Assembly: GCF_009834535.1 (NCBI RefSeq)
Contig: NC_045698.1
Location: 5,210,001 to 5,274,000 of the forward strand
Reading direction: 5' to 3'
DNA: 64,000 nucleotides
Source: Camelus ferus
Lineage: Eukaryota
Each line of letters begins with the position of its first letter. The stretch's first letter is position 1. The notes beneath the pieces were generated by a model. It was given only the letters and a program-made list of their open reading frames with translations, had not been told where the DNA came from and did no database searches. The position numbers and the translations under genes are program-made. Positions 26,780-39,615 of this stretch are shown in pieces.

Positions 26780-29520
26780 CTCATGACCCATCACGTGTGG
26801 AACATCTTGTCTGCCTGGCATTATACTTGGTGGTGGAGAAGTCGTTGCTCTTAGTTGCAAAGTCTAATGAAGGAATATGCTCAGAAGTAGGTAATCCTGC
26901 CCCAAGACAAGCCCAAAGTCGGTTCAGCACAAGACTGCACCATACACGGGGCGGTGAAGTACGGGAGAGGCCACCCAGCTTGGCTAGGACTGGGATGGGA
27001 GCTGAAAGGCCTTCCTCTTCCACTGCCACCTGGGCTGAGTTCTGGGGTCACTTAGGAGGTGACCAGGCTAAACACTAGAAAAGAGAAGGCGAGCACGGGA
27101 TGGAGATCGAAAGCAAAGGCCAGTGGCCAGAATCTGGGGGGTGGGGGTGGCCTCACCTCAAGAAGCATGGTGGCTCCAAGGTGGGTGGTGATTGTGAGTG
27201 GCTTCCAGAGACAGCCTGCGGCCCAGCATGCAGGACATCCCATGACATTTTAAGAAGCTTTCACTTGATCTTGTAAGCCAGTGTTTCTTAAAGTATGCTC
27301 ATGGAGCCCCAGCAAAATAATCACCTTGGAAATCTGTTAAAATGCAAATTCCTGGGCCACATTCCAAATGGATCAGAATTTTCTGGAGGTGGGTCCTAGA
27401 ATTTTGTATTTGAAACTTGCATCCTTGGTCTTCCTTATGCATAGTGAAGTTTACAGACAAAGCTCCAGGGAGTGGAGAGGTTTAAGCAGAGGGCTGCCCA
27501 GTGCTGGTGGCGGGGATTCGAGTTGTATGCCCACGGGCACACAACACGATAAGCTTGCACTTGGTGACTTACTCAAGTGAGTAGCAGAAATGTGTGGTAT
27601 CTCCCAGAGGAGTCTCTGTGCCGCAGTAATTGTGGACTCCCACGTTGAGATGAACCCCTCTGCTGACCTGTCGTGGACTTTAAACTTGAGGCAGAAATGG
27701 ACACTTAGTGCGTGAGCCCCTGAGATCTGGAAGGTGCCCGTAGCCACAGCATCCCCACCTGTGCTGGCTGGAGCTTCATCTAGAAGTCACCTGTATCACT
27801 TTAGTGGCTTCTGCCAGATACATTTGAATAGGGACAGCCCAGGGACAGGGACACCAGTGGAAATGTTTGTGGCAATGGTCCAGAGTTGATTGAGAAACGG
27901 AGCAGAAGGGGGAATAGAGAGCAAAGGGCATAGATTCTAGAGATATTTAACAAATAAAATTGTCACAGCTTAGTGAATGTCAGATGTGTGGGGAAAGGTA
28001 CACATCAAGGAAGAGTGTCCGGATGCTAGTTTGGGTGAGCGGGTTATCGGGGGTGACACCAGATGTAGACAGAAGGTGGATGGAGGATAACTTTAGGGAT
28101 GGAAGATGGGGAATTTCTTTTGGCTGGAATGTGCTTGAGGGCCCGCCAGGTGGAGATGTGTGCCAGGCAGCTGGCTGTGGTTGCCTGAATTCTGAAAGTG
28201 GAGTCTGAGCTGGAGACACAGATGGAGCAGGGAGATGTTGTCCTGCAGGGTGTTGTGTCCACCGTGGGAGCCATGGTGGTCACTTAATTTAATGTGAGAG
28301 GAAACTAAGACCCTGGAGAGTTCCAAGATGTAAGGTGCTTGGGGAGCAGAGGAGTCTTGCAGAATGGTCAGGGAAAGAGAGGATAATCCAAAATAGGCCA
28401 GAATGGAAAAATATGTCCAAATAGGTTCCTGTGCCGTGGTCCTAGAGATGCTAATTCACTAGTCTTTGTGGGATAGATTCAAGGGATTTTCATAAAAGCT
28501 TCTCTAGGAAACTTTGACGCACACCCAAGTTTGGGACTCGCTTAACTTCCAGGAAGCTTGGTAGAGATAAAAAGAGAAGGGATGAGCAGGAGCTAGAGAA
28601 ATACAGGCATCCCTTTAGCGACAGGATCAAGGGGAGGAGACTAAAGGGATGGTGGCTGCAGTGGGCCCCAGAGGGAGTCCCAGAGAAGAGTTTGAGGTCA
28701 AGGTGGGGAGATTGTCCTTGAACTGGAGAAACCCATGTGGACATGGGTGTGGATGCAAATTGGAGTTATGGGGTCATACGTTGGGGGAGTGAAGGAGGGC
28801 TTCCATTTTCTCTTTGAAATAGAGAGTGGAACTGGCTTGGGGAGCATGAAGACAGGACTCAGTGGGAAGGAGATGAAGACGTGTAGACATGTCAAAGGTT
28901 TGAGATCATCTTGGAGAAAGATGGAAGTGAGAGCTAAGCTGTATTGAGATGACTTCCTGGCAGTCCCAAAGCATGCTGAGATTGGAGACCATGAGTTTGC
29001 AGTGGCTCAATCTTACATCCATGGGGAATCCCTCGAGTTGTGTGCTTGGCATCAGGGTGGATAAGACAGACGGTGTCAGTCCGTGATTCATCCGTGGCTG
29101 GGCACAGCGGATGTGGTTACAGGGAGACTGGCAAGGAAATGTTCAGACCATCGGTGGTAAATTCCCAGCTGTCTAGAGAAGGAGGCAATGACTGCAGATC
29201 AGCTGATAGGTGAGCAGCAAAGGCAGGGCCAGGGGTGAGGGCACCGTGATATGTCCAGGTGGGAAGCTGGGAGGGAAGAAAGGATAGGCAATGAGTTTGA
29301 TATTTCTGGGATGGATGTGTTCACGTGATCAGAAGGTTCAAGTTTATGGGCATGTGATTGAGATGAAGTCCACCAGTCCAATGTCAGATGCCCATGAATT
29401 GTTGGATAGGTCATATCCATGAATACTGAAATACCTGAGAGTCACAGATAAGGTTGGTATCATGGAAGCCTGTAAGCTAGGTCCTAAAGGCTTCAGTGAA
29501 TGATGAGGAAATTGAGACCC
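26780..29520 (-). mobile_element. Long degraded L2 (several pieces)
   Basis: Purine-rich + strand with antisense L2 landmarks: atcttgtctgcctggca, gattctagagatattt, gaattctgaaagtggagtctgagctggaga, gaatactgaaatacc. Confidence 0.65.
27279..27456. mobile_element. MER5A/B hAT-Charlie DNA transposon, within an L2 region
   Basis: cagtgtttcttaaag...aatcaccttggaaatctgttaaaatgcaaattcctgggcc...tcagaattttctggaggtggg...tgaagttt. Confidence 0.85.
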
Positions 29521-30201
29521 AGGACAGCTGGCCCCACCCTGCCTTTCCCAAGGTGAAGGGCGGAGCCACATGGTCAAAGCCTTTGCATAGAACCTGGGAC
29601 CAGAAGCCCCTTCACGGTCCCCTCAGCTCCTGATCCAGCTTAGTTTTCTCTTGACAGGGGTATTTTTAGGCCAATTTAATGTTAAGCTATGAGTGGTTTA
29701 AGTTTAAACTAATACCACGATGAATTAAGAAATGGGGAAAGAACTGTGGAGGAAATTCACCAAAAGCCAAGTGCATCATCACCCTTACCCACATCTTAGG
29801 CCGCTGTGCTGAGCAAAATGCAGTTCAAGGGACAGTCAGAAAGTCTGGGCTCTAAGCTTTATGTAGGACGGTGATGTATGAAGACTCTCGAGGCGCACCT
29901 GCCCCAAATCTCACCTGCAGCCCCATTAATGCTCAAAACAAAGCTGCATGAGGCCGGCTCAGCTTTGGGCTTGAGAATAAGGAACCTCTTCAACCACACA
30001 GCCTTCTGCTGCGGGGGAAGCATTCACCTGGCATGGAGACCTTCGGCACTGGTATCCAAGAGATACCTCAGTTCATCATTCCTCTCTTTACCCTGTTCCA
30101 AGAATCCTGCTCTCTCCTTTCTTCCTTCTTTAGGTTTTTGGCCTTCATTGCATTTCTGTCATCTTTCCTCAGCAATAAAGTATATGGTGTGTGCACCAGA
30201 G

Positions 30202-30623
30202 TGTGAGTTTTGTAGGGCTGCCAGAACTGACTACAAACACGGTGCCTTGACAAGTGTGATTCATTCTCTCACAGTCTGGGAGGCCAGAAGCCCAAACTCA
30301 GGTTGTCAGCAGGGCCACTGACCCTCCGAAAGCTCTAAGGGATCCTTTGTTTCCTCCTCAAGCTTCTGGTGGCCCAGGTGTTCTTGACCGTGGCCGCATC
30401 ACTCCAGTCTCTGCCTCCATCTTCCGTCATCTTCCCTGTTTCTTTTGTTCTGTAAGGATACTTGTCCATGGATTTATGGCTCACCCTAATCTGGGATGAA
30501 CTGGTCTCTGATCCTCAACTTAATTACATCTGCAGAGATTTAATGGTTTCCAAGAAGAGTCATGCACAGGCTCTATGTGAACATGCCTTTTTTTTATTGG
30601 AGGGGGGGTGCCATTCAAGCCTT
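30202..30623 (-). mobile_element. MaLR solo LTR (MLT1C-like)
   Basis: tgtgagttttgtagggctgcc...attctctcacagtctgggaggccagaag...gcatcactccagtctctgcctcc...taattacatctgcagag. Confidence 0.85.
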
Positions 30624-30663
30624 CATCACCATCATCAGCAGCATCGTCATCATCATCATAATA
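30623..30663. repeat. Imperfect (CAT)n
   Basis: tcatcaccatcatcagcagcatcgtcatcatcatcataata. Confidence 0.75.
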
Positions 30664-31149
30664 AATGGTACCTGAACAAAATGTTTTCTTTTTCTGAGTT
30701 TATTCTGCCATGATAACCATATAGTCAACTCCTGGAGGGAAAGAATGTGCCTTCTGTTCCCACTGACCAGTCCCTCTGCCCGGGGCGCTCCAGAAGGTCT
30801 GCCCATTTGGCCAGCTTTGCCTCTGCTTCTCAACTTGCAGACCTTCATACATGGTGCAAAGTCATTCCTACCTTTTAAGACTTAGCCCAAGGCTTACCTT
30901 CAAGAAGCCTCCTTTAGGTGGTCCCATACGTTACCATAAAGAGGTTAATTTTCTCAGATTGATCTGAATCCCTTCTCGTATTAGTTTGCCAACCTACTTA
31001 CGGTATATTCCATACGTAGCTTTTATGTGTGGTGTCGGCTTATTCATTTGCTTTACACCAAATACACTCATAAAACTGCATGTGACAGAAGCTTACGCTA
31101 CAACATGGGAAAGGCTGTGTTTGCTGACTCAGTTGGCTGTCCTGATCGT

Positions 31150-31645
31150 ATGAGTCAGCCTTACATTTGGCTGCAGGAAACAGAAAATCAGACTACAGAG
31201 GTTTAAACAAATGGGAATTTATTCGCCTCAAAAATAAAAAAAAAAAATCCAACAGTAGAGGGCTACTGACCATGGCCCAGCAGATTAATGAAATCAAGAC
31301 CAATGTCTGCAGGTATGCACTGGCTCTTCTCTCACAGTCATATGGAGGCTGCCACAGATCCAGCCATTTCGTCTACATTCAAAGCAAGTAGATGGAATAG
31401 GAAAGTGGAAGTTTCCCATTAATTGCATCTGCCCCTTTTTATTACAAAATTAAAAGCTGACAGACAGCTCTTTGTCTTCTGAAGCCAACTTCACTCACAT
31501 CTGGTTCCACTGCCACTCCCAGGTATAGAAGAACCTGGGGATGCAAATGTGTGGATTTCCAGCCTCTGCAGTGGGAGGTACCCAGAGAAAGGGAGAGGGA
31601 TGGGAAAGGTCGTGACCAGCTGACCAGCAGAGTTTGCCACTCCCT
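31150..31645 (-). mobile_element. MaLR solo LTR (MLT1J/K-like)
   Basis: tgagtcagccttacatttggctgcaggaaacagaaaa...gaggtttaaacaaatgggaatttatt...ggctgccacagatccagcc. Confidence 0.7.
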
Positions 31646-33149
31646 CAAAGTGCTTGTGTGGCCCCCCCATCCTGGTCCCTTACCTGTCCTCACCACACCG
31701 TCTACAACTGTCATCTCGTCTGACGCCAGGATTGATAAGAACAGCTATCAAGTTAGTAGGCAATAATTAACTCCAAGGTACATAAATTACCCGGCTGCAG
31801 GATTTTTTCCTTTAAATACACAGGTGAGTGCTGTTTTGAACATGGATCAGTGGCCGCCTCTGCAGACAGAAAGCTCCAGTGCAGTCGTTTTGAGGCTGCC
31901 CTTAAGCCTGGGGAAGACTGCTATTTGGGGGGGGGGGGAGGGGGTCTGTGCCGTGTGTATGAGCATACCCATGGGTGTTTTATTACTGCTGTTAGTAGAG
32001 TGTGTAAGAGGGAACTTCGTAGGCTCTGGTACGGCCCCTGCCTTTATTGCAGGGGAAGCTCACCCAGGACTGTGTCCTCGTAGGCTACTGTGGGCCTACA
32101 TCCGACAGTGATGTGAGGGTGAAAATGAGGGAGAAACCCAGAAAAAAAGACTATGCCGATATGTATCTATGTTAATTGATTAATCATCCATGAATGCAAA
32201 GTGAATAAAATATATAATTATTATTTATGAAGGAGATATTTTACACTTAAATCTAAGTTTGGTCAATGATCGTTGAAATGCAGCAATTTTTATTAATGAA
32301 GGCTCCACCTGGGAGCGTTTTTGCTGCTCTAATGTCTGGTCTCCTTATTAATCCAAACTTCATCAGATTTGCTGATCCAAATGCTCTCAAACCTTGGGAT
32401 GCTGACTTGCTCTGACAAAGGTACAGAGAATGACAGGTGACTTCAGAATGCTGGTTTATTAACTAGTTTTCACTAGATGATTTCTGTTTTCCATTTGTCT
32501 TAGAAACTACTGAACGTTTGCTGTTTGCCTTCAAAACGGAACGCATGCGCACACCACGGTAGGAGCGCTCCAGTTCTGAAAGCGTGCATTTAAAAATATT
32601 TCCTTAGTGGTCTCTGGGAAACCTGTCCTCCCTAAAATCCTTCTCTGATGCCACGCTGTGCACACGTTGTCTGCCACCCCTGTTCCGGCCTCAGTTCACC
32701 GGTTACTGAGGGTCCTCTGAAGTCCCACTGTGTGTTCAGATGTGAGGACCTGAGGCTGGCCTTGGCCCATCTCTTATCCATCTGATTCCTTCTCTTTCTC
32801 CCCCACCAAAGCCCGCCACTCAGCCTCAGCTTTGTCTGAGTTAATTTTCTAGTCCTCTTACCGCAGTGTTCCTCTCCCTCCGCTAATCAGCGCAGGAGCC
32901 CTCCTGAATGAACAGAAGGGTGTCTTTGGTTTAAATAATTACACCACACCTCACACCTTCAGTTTGAATAGCAGAGCTCCCCCTCCTGTGGGAAGCTCGC
33001 CCTCGTTAGCATTAGCCGTTATTCAGTCCGTTATTAAATTCTCAGCTCTTCTCTCCACTTGAATTGTTTCTTTGTTCTGGCAGGATTCGAGTTTAATCAT
33101 CTCCTTTTTATCTGACATTCGTTTCTCCAAAGGTAATGCGCAGTATATT

Positions 33150-33275
33150 CACCTGGGGAGATTTATGTTAAAAAAATAATAAGCAACTGACTCTCTAGGC
33201 GTGGGCTCTGGGCACGTCCACATCTTCTCAAAGCGCCAGGTGATTCTTACCCACAGCCTGTTTCAGAACTGCGAT
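33150..33275. mobile_element. MER5A fragment
   Basis: cacctggggagatt...ctctctaggcgtggg...aagcgccaggtgattctta...tttcagaactgc. Confidence 0.65.
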
Positions 33276-33944
33276 GCCCTGAGCTCTGGTGAGGAAAGAG
33301 CCTTATTGAAGCTTTATCTTGCCTTTCCAGTTGTTAACAGCAAAATCAGCAGATGTATCTGTGTGGTGCTTACACTTGACAGCAGGTTTTAAAATATAAG
33401 TCTCTCTGGTTCTCTAAACAGCATAGTTTGTGCATGAAATTTGCATTTGTCTGTTATGGTGATGTTTTCATTAGATCGGTATGGAATTGTGTGTAATTTG
33501 TGTACATTACCAAATGGAAACGATACAAAGGTTGAAACGGGTGGATTCTAATCTGTGGTTGACGGGGTCATTAGCTGCTCTCACTTTGCAGAATGATGTA
33601 ACCAGACAGATGTGTCTCCGGGGGAAGCCTGTTTACACAGGTAGCCTCTGTCCACCGGGGGCATTGGCTCCGCTGCAGGGAGTGGCCCTCGGTCTGGAGA
33701 GCCCTGAAGTGTGACCTTGTTAACAATCCCGACTTTACCAAAGTTGGCAGGCTGACTTGCTCTAACCAAAGTGGGAAGGAAGGCTACTGAAACCCAGGAT
33801 GCCAATTTATTCATTTGTCATGAGGAACAGGCCTTTCAGGTAGACCAGCTGGTTGTATAAAACTCTCACCTTTGAAGCCACCTTATCTGAAGGTCACCCA
33901 TGAATGGTGATAGCGCAGGTGGAGTGGGGACTTATATGTTTGAG

Positions 33945-34172
33945 GCAATGTTTCTCGACATTTCTCCATTACTTAAGGAGGCTTTTTAGATTTCTTTTTC
34001 TTAACCAACCCCCCATGAAATTTTAATACCGCAGGTATATTGCATATTTATTTATGTGATGTGTGCACATCTCTGTCATGCATTACAGGGAATTTTTTAT
34101 TTTTATTTTTGGCTTTCTCCAAGAACCAGTGTTTGCCCTCTTGGGGATGCTGTGACCTCTGTTGAGAATGTA
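33945..34172. mobile_element. Non-autonomous hAT-Charlie-like DNA transposon
   Basis: caatgtttctcgac...ccccccatgaaattttaatacc...gttgagaatg with partial terminal inverted repeats. Confidence 0.55.
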
Positions 34173-34212
34173 TGACTTAAGGAATCCATTTCCTAAAGCC
34201 TAGACGATGCAC

Positions 34213-34228
34213 GTCCACTAGAGGGCTC
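34213..34228 (+). promoter_or_regulatory. Candidate CTCF site
   Basis: gtCCACTAGAGGGCtc matches the CTCF core CCACYAGRGGGC. Confidence 0.5.
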
Positions 34229-34694
34229 CACCCGCCAGGTGGGCCAGATCCTGGAATCCACTGACTTGTCCTGACGTCTTCTCTTCTAGACACCCCTGTT
34301 TTCCTCAGAGACTGGCCTCTTTCTGTGCTTCCAGAATTAACATCTTCACCACCCACTCACGTCCTTCCTTTCTTGGACGTATCTTTTCTTTAGATGTTTT
34401 AGTTCAGCCAACAGATCACAGTCAGATATGGCAAGAATTGCACTCTCTTTCAGGTGATGAAACATGTGTCTGCATCCTTTTCAGATTAACTCTGATGGGA
34501 CAGTTTTGGGTTCAGATTCTTCACGTCTGTCCCAGGTATTATTTGCGTGGGTTTACTGAAGGGACGTCAGGTATATGTCAAAGCGTAACCCCGCTGTTAA
34601 GGATAACATCTTACAAAGAATTACGAAGCTTTCTCCCCAAATATCAAAGGCAGGAAAGTGGAGTGGACTGGTCCAAGGCCAAAAACGATATTTA

Positions 34695-34811
34695 AACTGA
34701 AGCTCCAAGAGGACAAGGATTTTTGTCCTTTTTGTTTGCTTAAAATTATGGTCCCTGCACCATGAACAGTTTCTGTCACATAGTGGGCCCTCAGTAATAT
34801 TTGTTGAATGA
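34695..34811 (+). mobile_element. L2 3' end
   Basis: aagctccaagaggacaaggatttttgtc...cacatagtgggccctcagtaatatttgttgaatga. Confidence 0.8.
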
Positions 34812-34884
34812 GAAAAAAAAAATTTTTTTCAGTATGTGAATGAGGATCTTCTGATGCAGTGAATCATGTGGCTATCAGGCATTA

Positions 34885-35900
34885 TATTCATTCATTCAAA
34901 GAATACCAAGGATAATAATTTATGATAAACCCTATGTGAATTACCCAATATACACCTAAGGTAATGAAACATATGGGCTCTCTGCCCTCATGGGCCCAAG
35001 AGCAAAGCAAGAGGGACTAGCAATACGCAGATGAGTAAACAAAAACTGTTACCTCTGGGGGGCAAGTGATGCTGGAGTGCGGGGCTGGTGATGCACTCAG
35101 CGTGCTCAGGGAGGACGTGTCGTGGAAGCCAGGCCTAAGACGGTCCCACCCAACAAAAGAAGCAGGAAGGAGCTCCTTGGGCGGAAGGAACTGTGTGTGC
35201 AAAGGCCCTGAGCCTGGAGAGATGAGCAAGTTGGAAGACCCCAAAGGAGGGTACAGTGCCTTGCATGGAATTGGGGGGCAGGGCATGAATGGAAGTTGAA
35301 GGTGAAGACCAGGGCAAGACGTGTAAAGACTTCAGTGTAGATGTTAAAGTGGAGATGCAGCTCTTCCGAGTCTAGACTGCAGGGGAAGGTCTGGGCTGGA
35401 GGTCTACTTCGGGAGTAAGTGCTATTTAGATGACGCTGAAGAAGCCGCTAGCTGTGTGGGTGATGCTGCAGGGGAGAAGTTGGGAGGGTAATAAAGGGAA
35501 GGAGATTTAGCAGAGCTCTGAAGAGTGTAATGTTTGAGTCAGGAAAGGTCGGGTCAGCGGAATGGCCAGACCCCAGGGAGTGTGGGGTCAGGGAAGCCGA
35601 GAGAGACTGAGATTCTTGGCAGGAGAAAGGGATCAGCTGCTGCTGAGGACAGTGCCCAGGACTCACAGTAAGGGGAGGGCAGAAAGGTGTTGATGGGTCT
35701 GACAAAGTTGTAGGTTACCAGTGCCCTTGACAAGGATTGCTTCAGTGGCTTCTGGAGGTTACGACATAGTTCGAAATGGGATATGGAGAGTCAGGGCAGA
35801 GGGCAAAGAAGTGGAAAGAGCTTAAGCAGACAAGCCTCTGAGGTTTGGCTTTAAAGGAAAATGAGAAATAAAGGAGAAGGCAGGGCTATGTGTGTTTAGG
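34885..35900 (-). mobile_element. L2 fragment
   Basis: attcattcattcaaagaa...ctgccctcatgg...tgtgcaaaggccctgag...gaaggtctgggctggag. Confidence 0.7.
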
Positions 35901-37387
35901 GAGGGCACTGTTTGGTTGGAAGTGGGCTTGCTTCCTGCCAGGAATGGTTCAGAGGGAGAGATTGATGACAGAAGTGACCAGGAATGAACTGGAGCCTGGA
36001 ATCCCTGTTGCCTGGAGACAGTTGATGAACAAAAGAATGGTCCAGGTTGTGGGGTTTGCTGATTCATCAGAGTTAAGAAGTGTTTTTCTTGCAAGTGGTA
36101 GAATTTGGTTGTCAAATTTCATGGAAACAAAGAAATTTCTAAATGCATATTCTAAAATCAGACTGTTTCCTTCATTCCAATTCGGCTTCCATGTGGTTCT
36201 GATGCCGAGCACGGTTTCTTCTCATCAGCATCATCCAGCACAGTGATTGCCTATAGAAATCCTTAAGGTGTGAAAACTATTTCCTGGAGCAAGCGCAGCA
36301 TTTCAGTTTCTCAGATGAGGGCAGGGACTCCCATCAGGACCACCTGATCACCGGAAGTTCTGCCTGGCCCGTCTCTTCCGAGATCATTACTCAGACTGCT
36401 CTCTTTGTCTCTTAAACACATGTCAGTTAACTTCTTTGCTGCTTCTATGTAATTTCATTTTCCAAAGAGCCTTGCAAATTTTTGAAAGGCATTAAACTGT
36501 TTCTCAAAATAGTTAAATTGTGAGATAGTGAAGATTGCTCTAATTGGTTAGTGCCTGATTGATATATGGGACAAAATAAAGGGAATTTCATTAATTGTGA
36601 AATCAGATTTCTTCTCTTATTACTGGCCTTAAAAATTTAGTACCTCTGGACCGCTCGTCTAATAATTGGCCTCTTGATTTTTATTGGGCAGGTTTATTAT
36701 GTAATATGTCCACTGGAAGATGGAAGGGAGTATTTTTAACTCTGTACATTCGCTCTGGAGTTTCAGCAGCCTGGGGCGGATTGCTGTTTCCTTCCTGGCT
36801 CGCAGCACTGCGTCACGCCATCAGGAAGCACGCTGATCCATCACAGACACGTGCTTAGACTTGGAAGACACTAGAGATTTTTCAAATGTGATCACAATGG
36901 CCCCAAATGAGGACTGGGGCTTTAACTCTTATTTTCTTGATCAGCTGAAACAGTGTGTGTGAAGCCCACCCTCTGGAAACCTTTGTAAATTGTCATTTCT
37001 TGAAACTTTGCTTCTTTTGCAAATGCCGTCTTTTTTGGGTGAGACCTGGGCTAAAAGTAGACTCACAGGATGTATCTGATGGCTGCTTCTGGTCCCCACG
37101 GAAGACGAGTGGACTCGGGGAGGAAACCCCTGCCATCCCGAACGACACACAGGAGACCTTAGCCCAAAAGGTTAAACCCAGCTTCTCTGAGCTGCATCTT
37201 CTAAAACCCTGCACAATAGTTCTGCCGGCAAGTCTCATGTATTTTTGGTCTAATCAGGTGTGCCTTCTTAGAATTTGTTAAAGAGAAAAGAGATAGCACT
37301 CCTATCAGGATCTGAGTAACACTTTTAATTCTATTTAATTAACTAACGTATTTTTGCTGCTGTTGTTAAACGGTAGGTCATTAGAGA

Positions 37388-37790
37388 TATGGTTCCCAAA
37401 CCATGTGCTAAGGCACCCCAGGATATTTTAAATTTTCAAGGGGCATTCCTTTTGTTGTCAAGCTGGGTTAGGGGCATTGTTGTGACCAAAAAAAAAAACT
37501 GTAGTCTGTGGAAATCAAGAGAGAACGGGAAATGTGAATGGTGGTGTTGAATCAGAATAATCCGGGGTTTGTACAGTTAAGCAGCGCTCAGCAAGCACAC
37601 TGACCTCTGAAGGCCCAGAGTAAGTCCCAGAGTAAGTGGCTATTTAAGAATGAAATAAAAATATAATATTTTACCATAAATATATATATAATATACAATA
37701 ACATTTTGTTTTATATTATAAAATGTAAGGTCCAGTGTTGGATTTTTCTTCCAACAACTCCTCGGCTGTTAGGGAGTACTACTCACGTTG
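37388..37790. mobile_element. Charlie-family DNA transposon remnant
   Basis: tggttcccaaaccatgtgctaaggcaccccagg...ttttaaattttcaaggg...taagaatgaaataaaaat. Confidence 0.5.
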
Positions 37791-38407
37791 TTTAGACCTG
37801 TCTGCTTAGCACACAAGACTGTTAGCTATCTCCTCTGGCCTAGGAATGCTGCTAAAATATTACTTAGCCACTGTGGGCATTGTGAAACAGGGAAATATGG
37901 GGACCTCTTCAGCAGGTTTCTTTGTTTTTTGCAAGTAAACTTTTACAGTAATGTTGGAGGAAGTGTGCTCAGTTCCTCAACAGTCTTCCTTCACCCACAA
38001 GCATCCGTACGTCTGGCTAGCTAGCGGGGCCCCTGATGGCAGGTGCCACGGCCGCCACTGAAGCCTCACCTGTCCCACTCATGAGAAGCCTGCTTTGTAT
38101 CACCCACGTTTGTCGGCTCGCTCTGTTGACTTTTCTTATTGGTTGGTTTGATTGCATTTATTCCAGTGAAGTTAATTTCTTGGGTGGAGTATAAGAAATT
38201 GATTAGAAATAAATGCTCAATGAATATTTGTTGAATGAAGTCATTTAATGAATGTCTTAATCTCAGTTCATCTTAAATCACTATCGGCAGTATGTGGCAT
38301 GTCTGCGAAAGAACTACGGGCCCCCAATTTATAAGGAATTCAGATTTTAACTTTCAAGTGAATTTTCCGGTAAATTATAAATAATCTGTCTTTAAAACTC
38401 AATAGCA

Positions 38408-38756
38408 TGTTGGAGTGTAGGGGTGTGGGGGTGGGGGAAGGCAGTCAAAATGTGCAAACGAACAGTTATAAAATAGATGAATACTGGGAATGTAATGTAT
38501 ACCATGCTAAGTATAACCAACACTGCTCTACACTGTATGTGAAGGCTGTTCAGAGATTAAATCCTAGACGTCTTATCACAAGCAAAACCCTTTTTCCTAT
38601 TTCTTTAATTTTTTATGCCTATGAGAAAATGGATGTTCACTAAACTTACTGTGGTAATCATCCCACGATGCAGGGAAATCAAATGACTGCTGTACTCCTG
38701 AAACTTACACAGCGCTGTATGTCAATTCTATCTCAATACAACTGGAAGAGAAAAAA
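38408..38756 (+). mobile_element. L1 3' end (L1MA9-like)
   Basis: ggcagtcaaaatgtgcaaac...agttataaaatagatga...gatgttcactaaacttactgtggtaatcat...tgtatgtcaattctatctcaata. Confidence 0.85.
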
Positions 38757-38813
38757 TGAGTGAAATCATGTCCACAAAGTGCCCCCCCCAAAAAAAACCC
38801 CTTGCCAGCAGGT

Positions 38814-39196
38814 TGCTATTTGCTGTTTGTGCCCTCCCAAAATACATATGCTGAAGCCCCAGCCTTGAGTACCTCACAATGTGACTGCGTTTGGAGATCG
38901 GGCATTTGGAGAGGTGGCTGAGCTGAAATGAGGCCATGAGGAGGGTGTCCTTATAAGAAAAAGAGACACACAGAGACCCCAGGGGCACACAAGCTTGCGT
39001 GAAGAAGAGGCCGTGTGAGGAACTAGCTGGCAGATGGTCGTCTGCAAGCCAGGTGAGCGGTCTCGGGACAGAACAGCCCTGCCCACACCTCGACCTCAGA
39101 CTCCCAGCCTCCTCAACGATTGGAACAACCAGTTTCTGTCCTTTAAGCCACTGAGTCTGTGGCACTTCGTTACGGCAACCTGAGCAGCTTAACACA
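38814..39196 (+). mobile_element. MaLR solo LTR (MLT1B-like)
   Basis: tgtgccctcccaaaatacatatgctgaagccc...gtttggagatcgggc...ggtgtccttataagaa...ctgcaagccagg...tttaagccac. Confidence 0.88.
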
Positions 39197-39221
39197 CAAG
39201 GATAGCAAAGCCCATTCCTTT

Positions 39222-39345
39222 CGTCTGTTCATTTGTTTTGAGGGTTTTTTGTTTGTTTGTTTCTTTCCTTTTTTTTTTAAATTGAAGTACCGTTGATTTA
39301 CAGTGTCATGTTAGTTTCTGGTGTACAGCATAGTGATTCAGTTAC

Positions 39346-39397
<52 letters not shown>

Positions 39398-39615
39398 GTA
39401 AAATTTTTTTCATTTCTTTTTCACTATAGGCTATTACAAGTTACTGAATACAGTTCCCTGTGCTCTACGGTAGGACTTTGTGGTTTCTCTAGTCTGTATA
39501 TAGTAGGACACAAGTGAACTTATTTGCAAAACTGGAAGAGACTCACAGACTTATGGTTACCGAAGAGGAAAGTTCGGGGAGGGATATGCTGGGAGTTTGG
39601 GATTCGCAGATACAC
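39222..39615 (-). mobile_element. 5'-inverted (twin-primed) L1 3'UTR insertion
   Basis: Antisense part 39222-39506 (T-rich tail, contains (TA)n(CA)n) joined to sense part 39507-39615; TSD agcccattccttt (39209) / agctcattccttt (39616). Confidence 0.88.
39346..39396. repeat. (TA)n(CA)n compound microsatellite inside the L1
   Basis: atatatatatatatatacacacacacacacacaaacacacacacacacata. Confidence 0.9.

Noticed and set aside
26303..26854. 183-aa ORF
   Set aside because: No recognisable homology or convincing exon structure; the end runs into L2
37614..37637. 12-bp tandem duplication cccagagtaagt x2 (also a 10-bp unit repeated at ~60633-60658)
   Set aside because: Ordinary slippage micro-duplications, not an array
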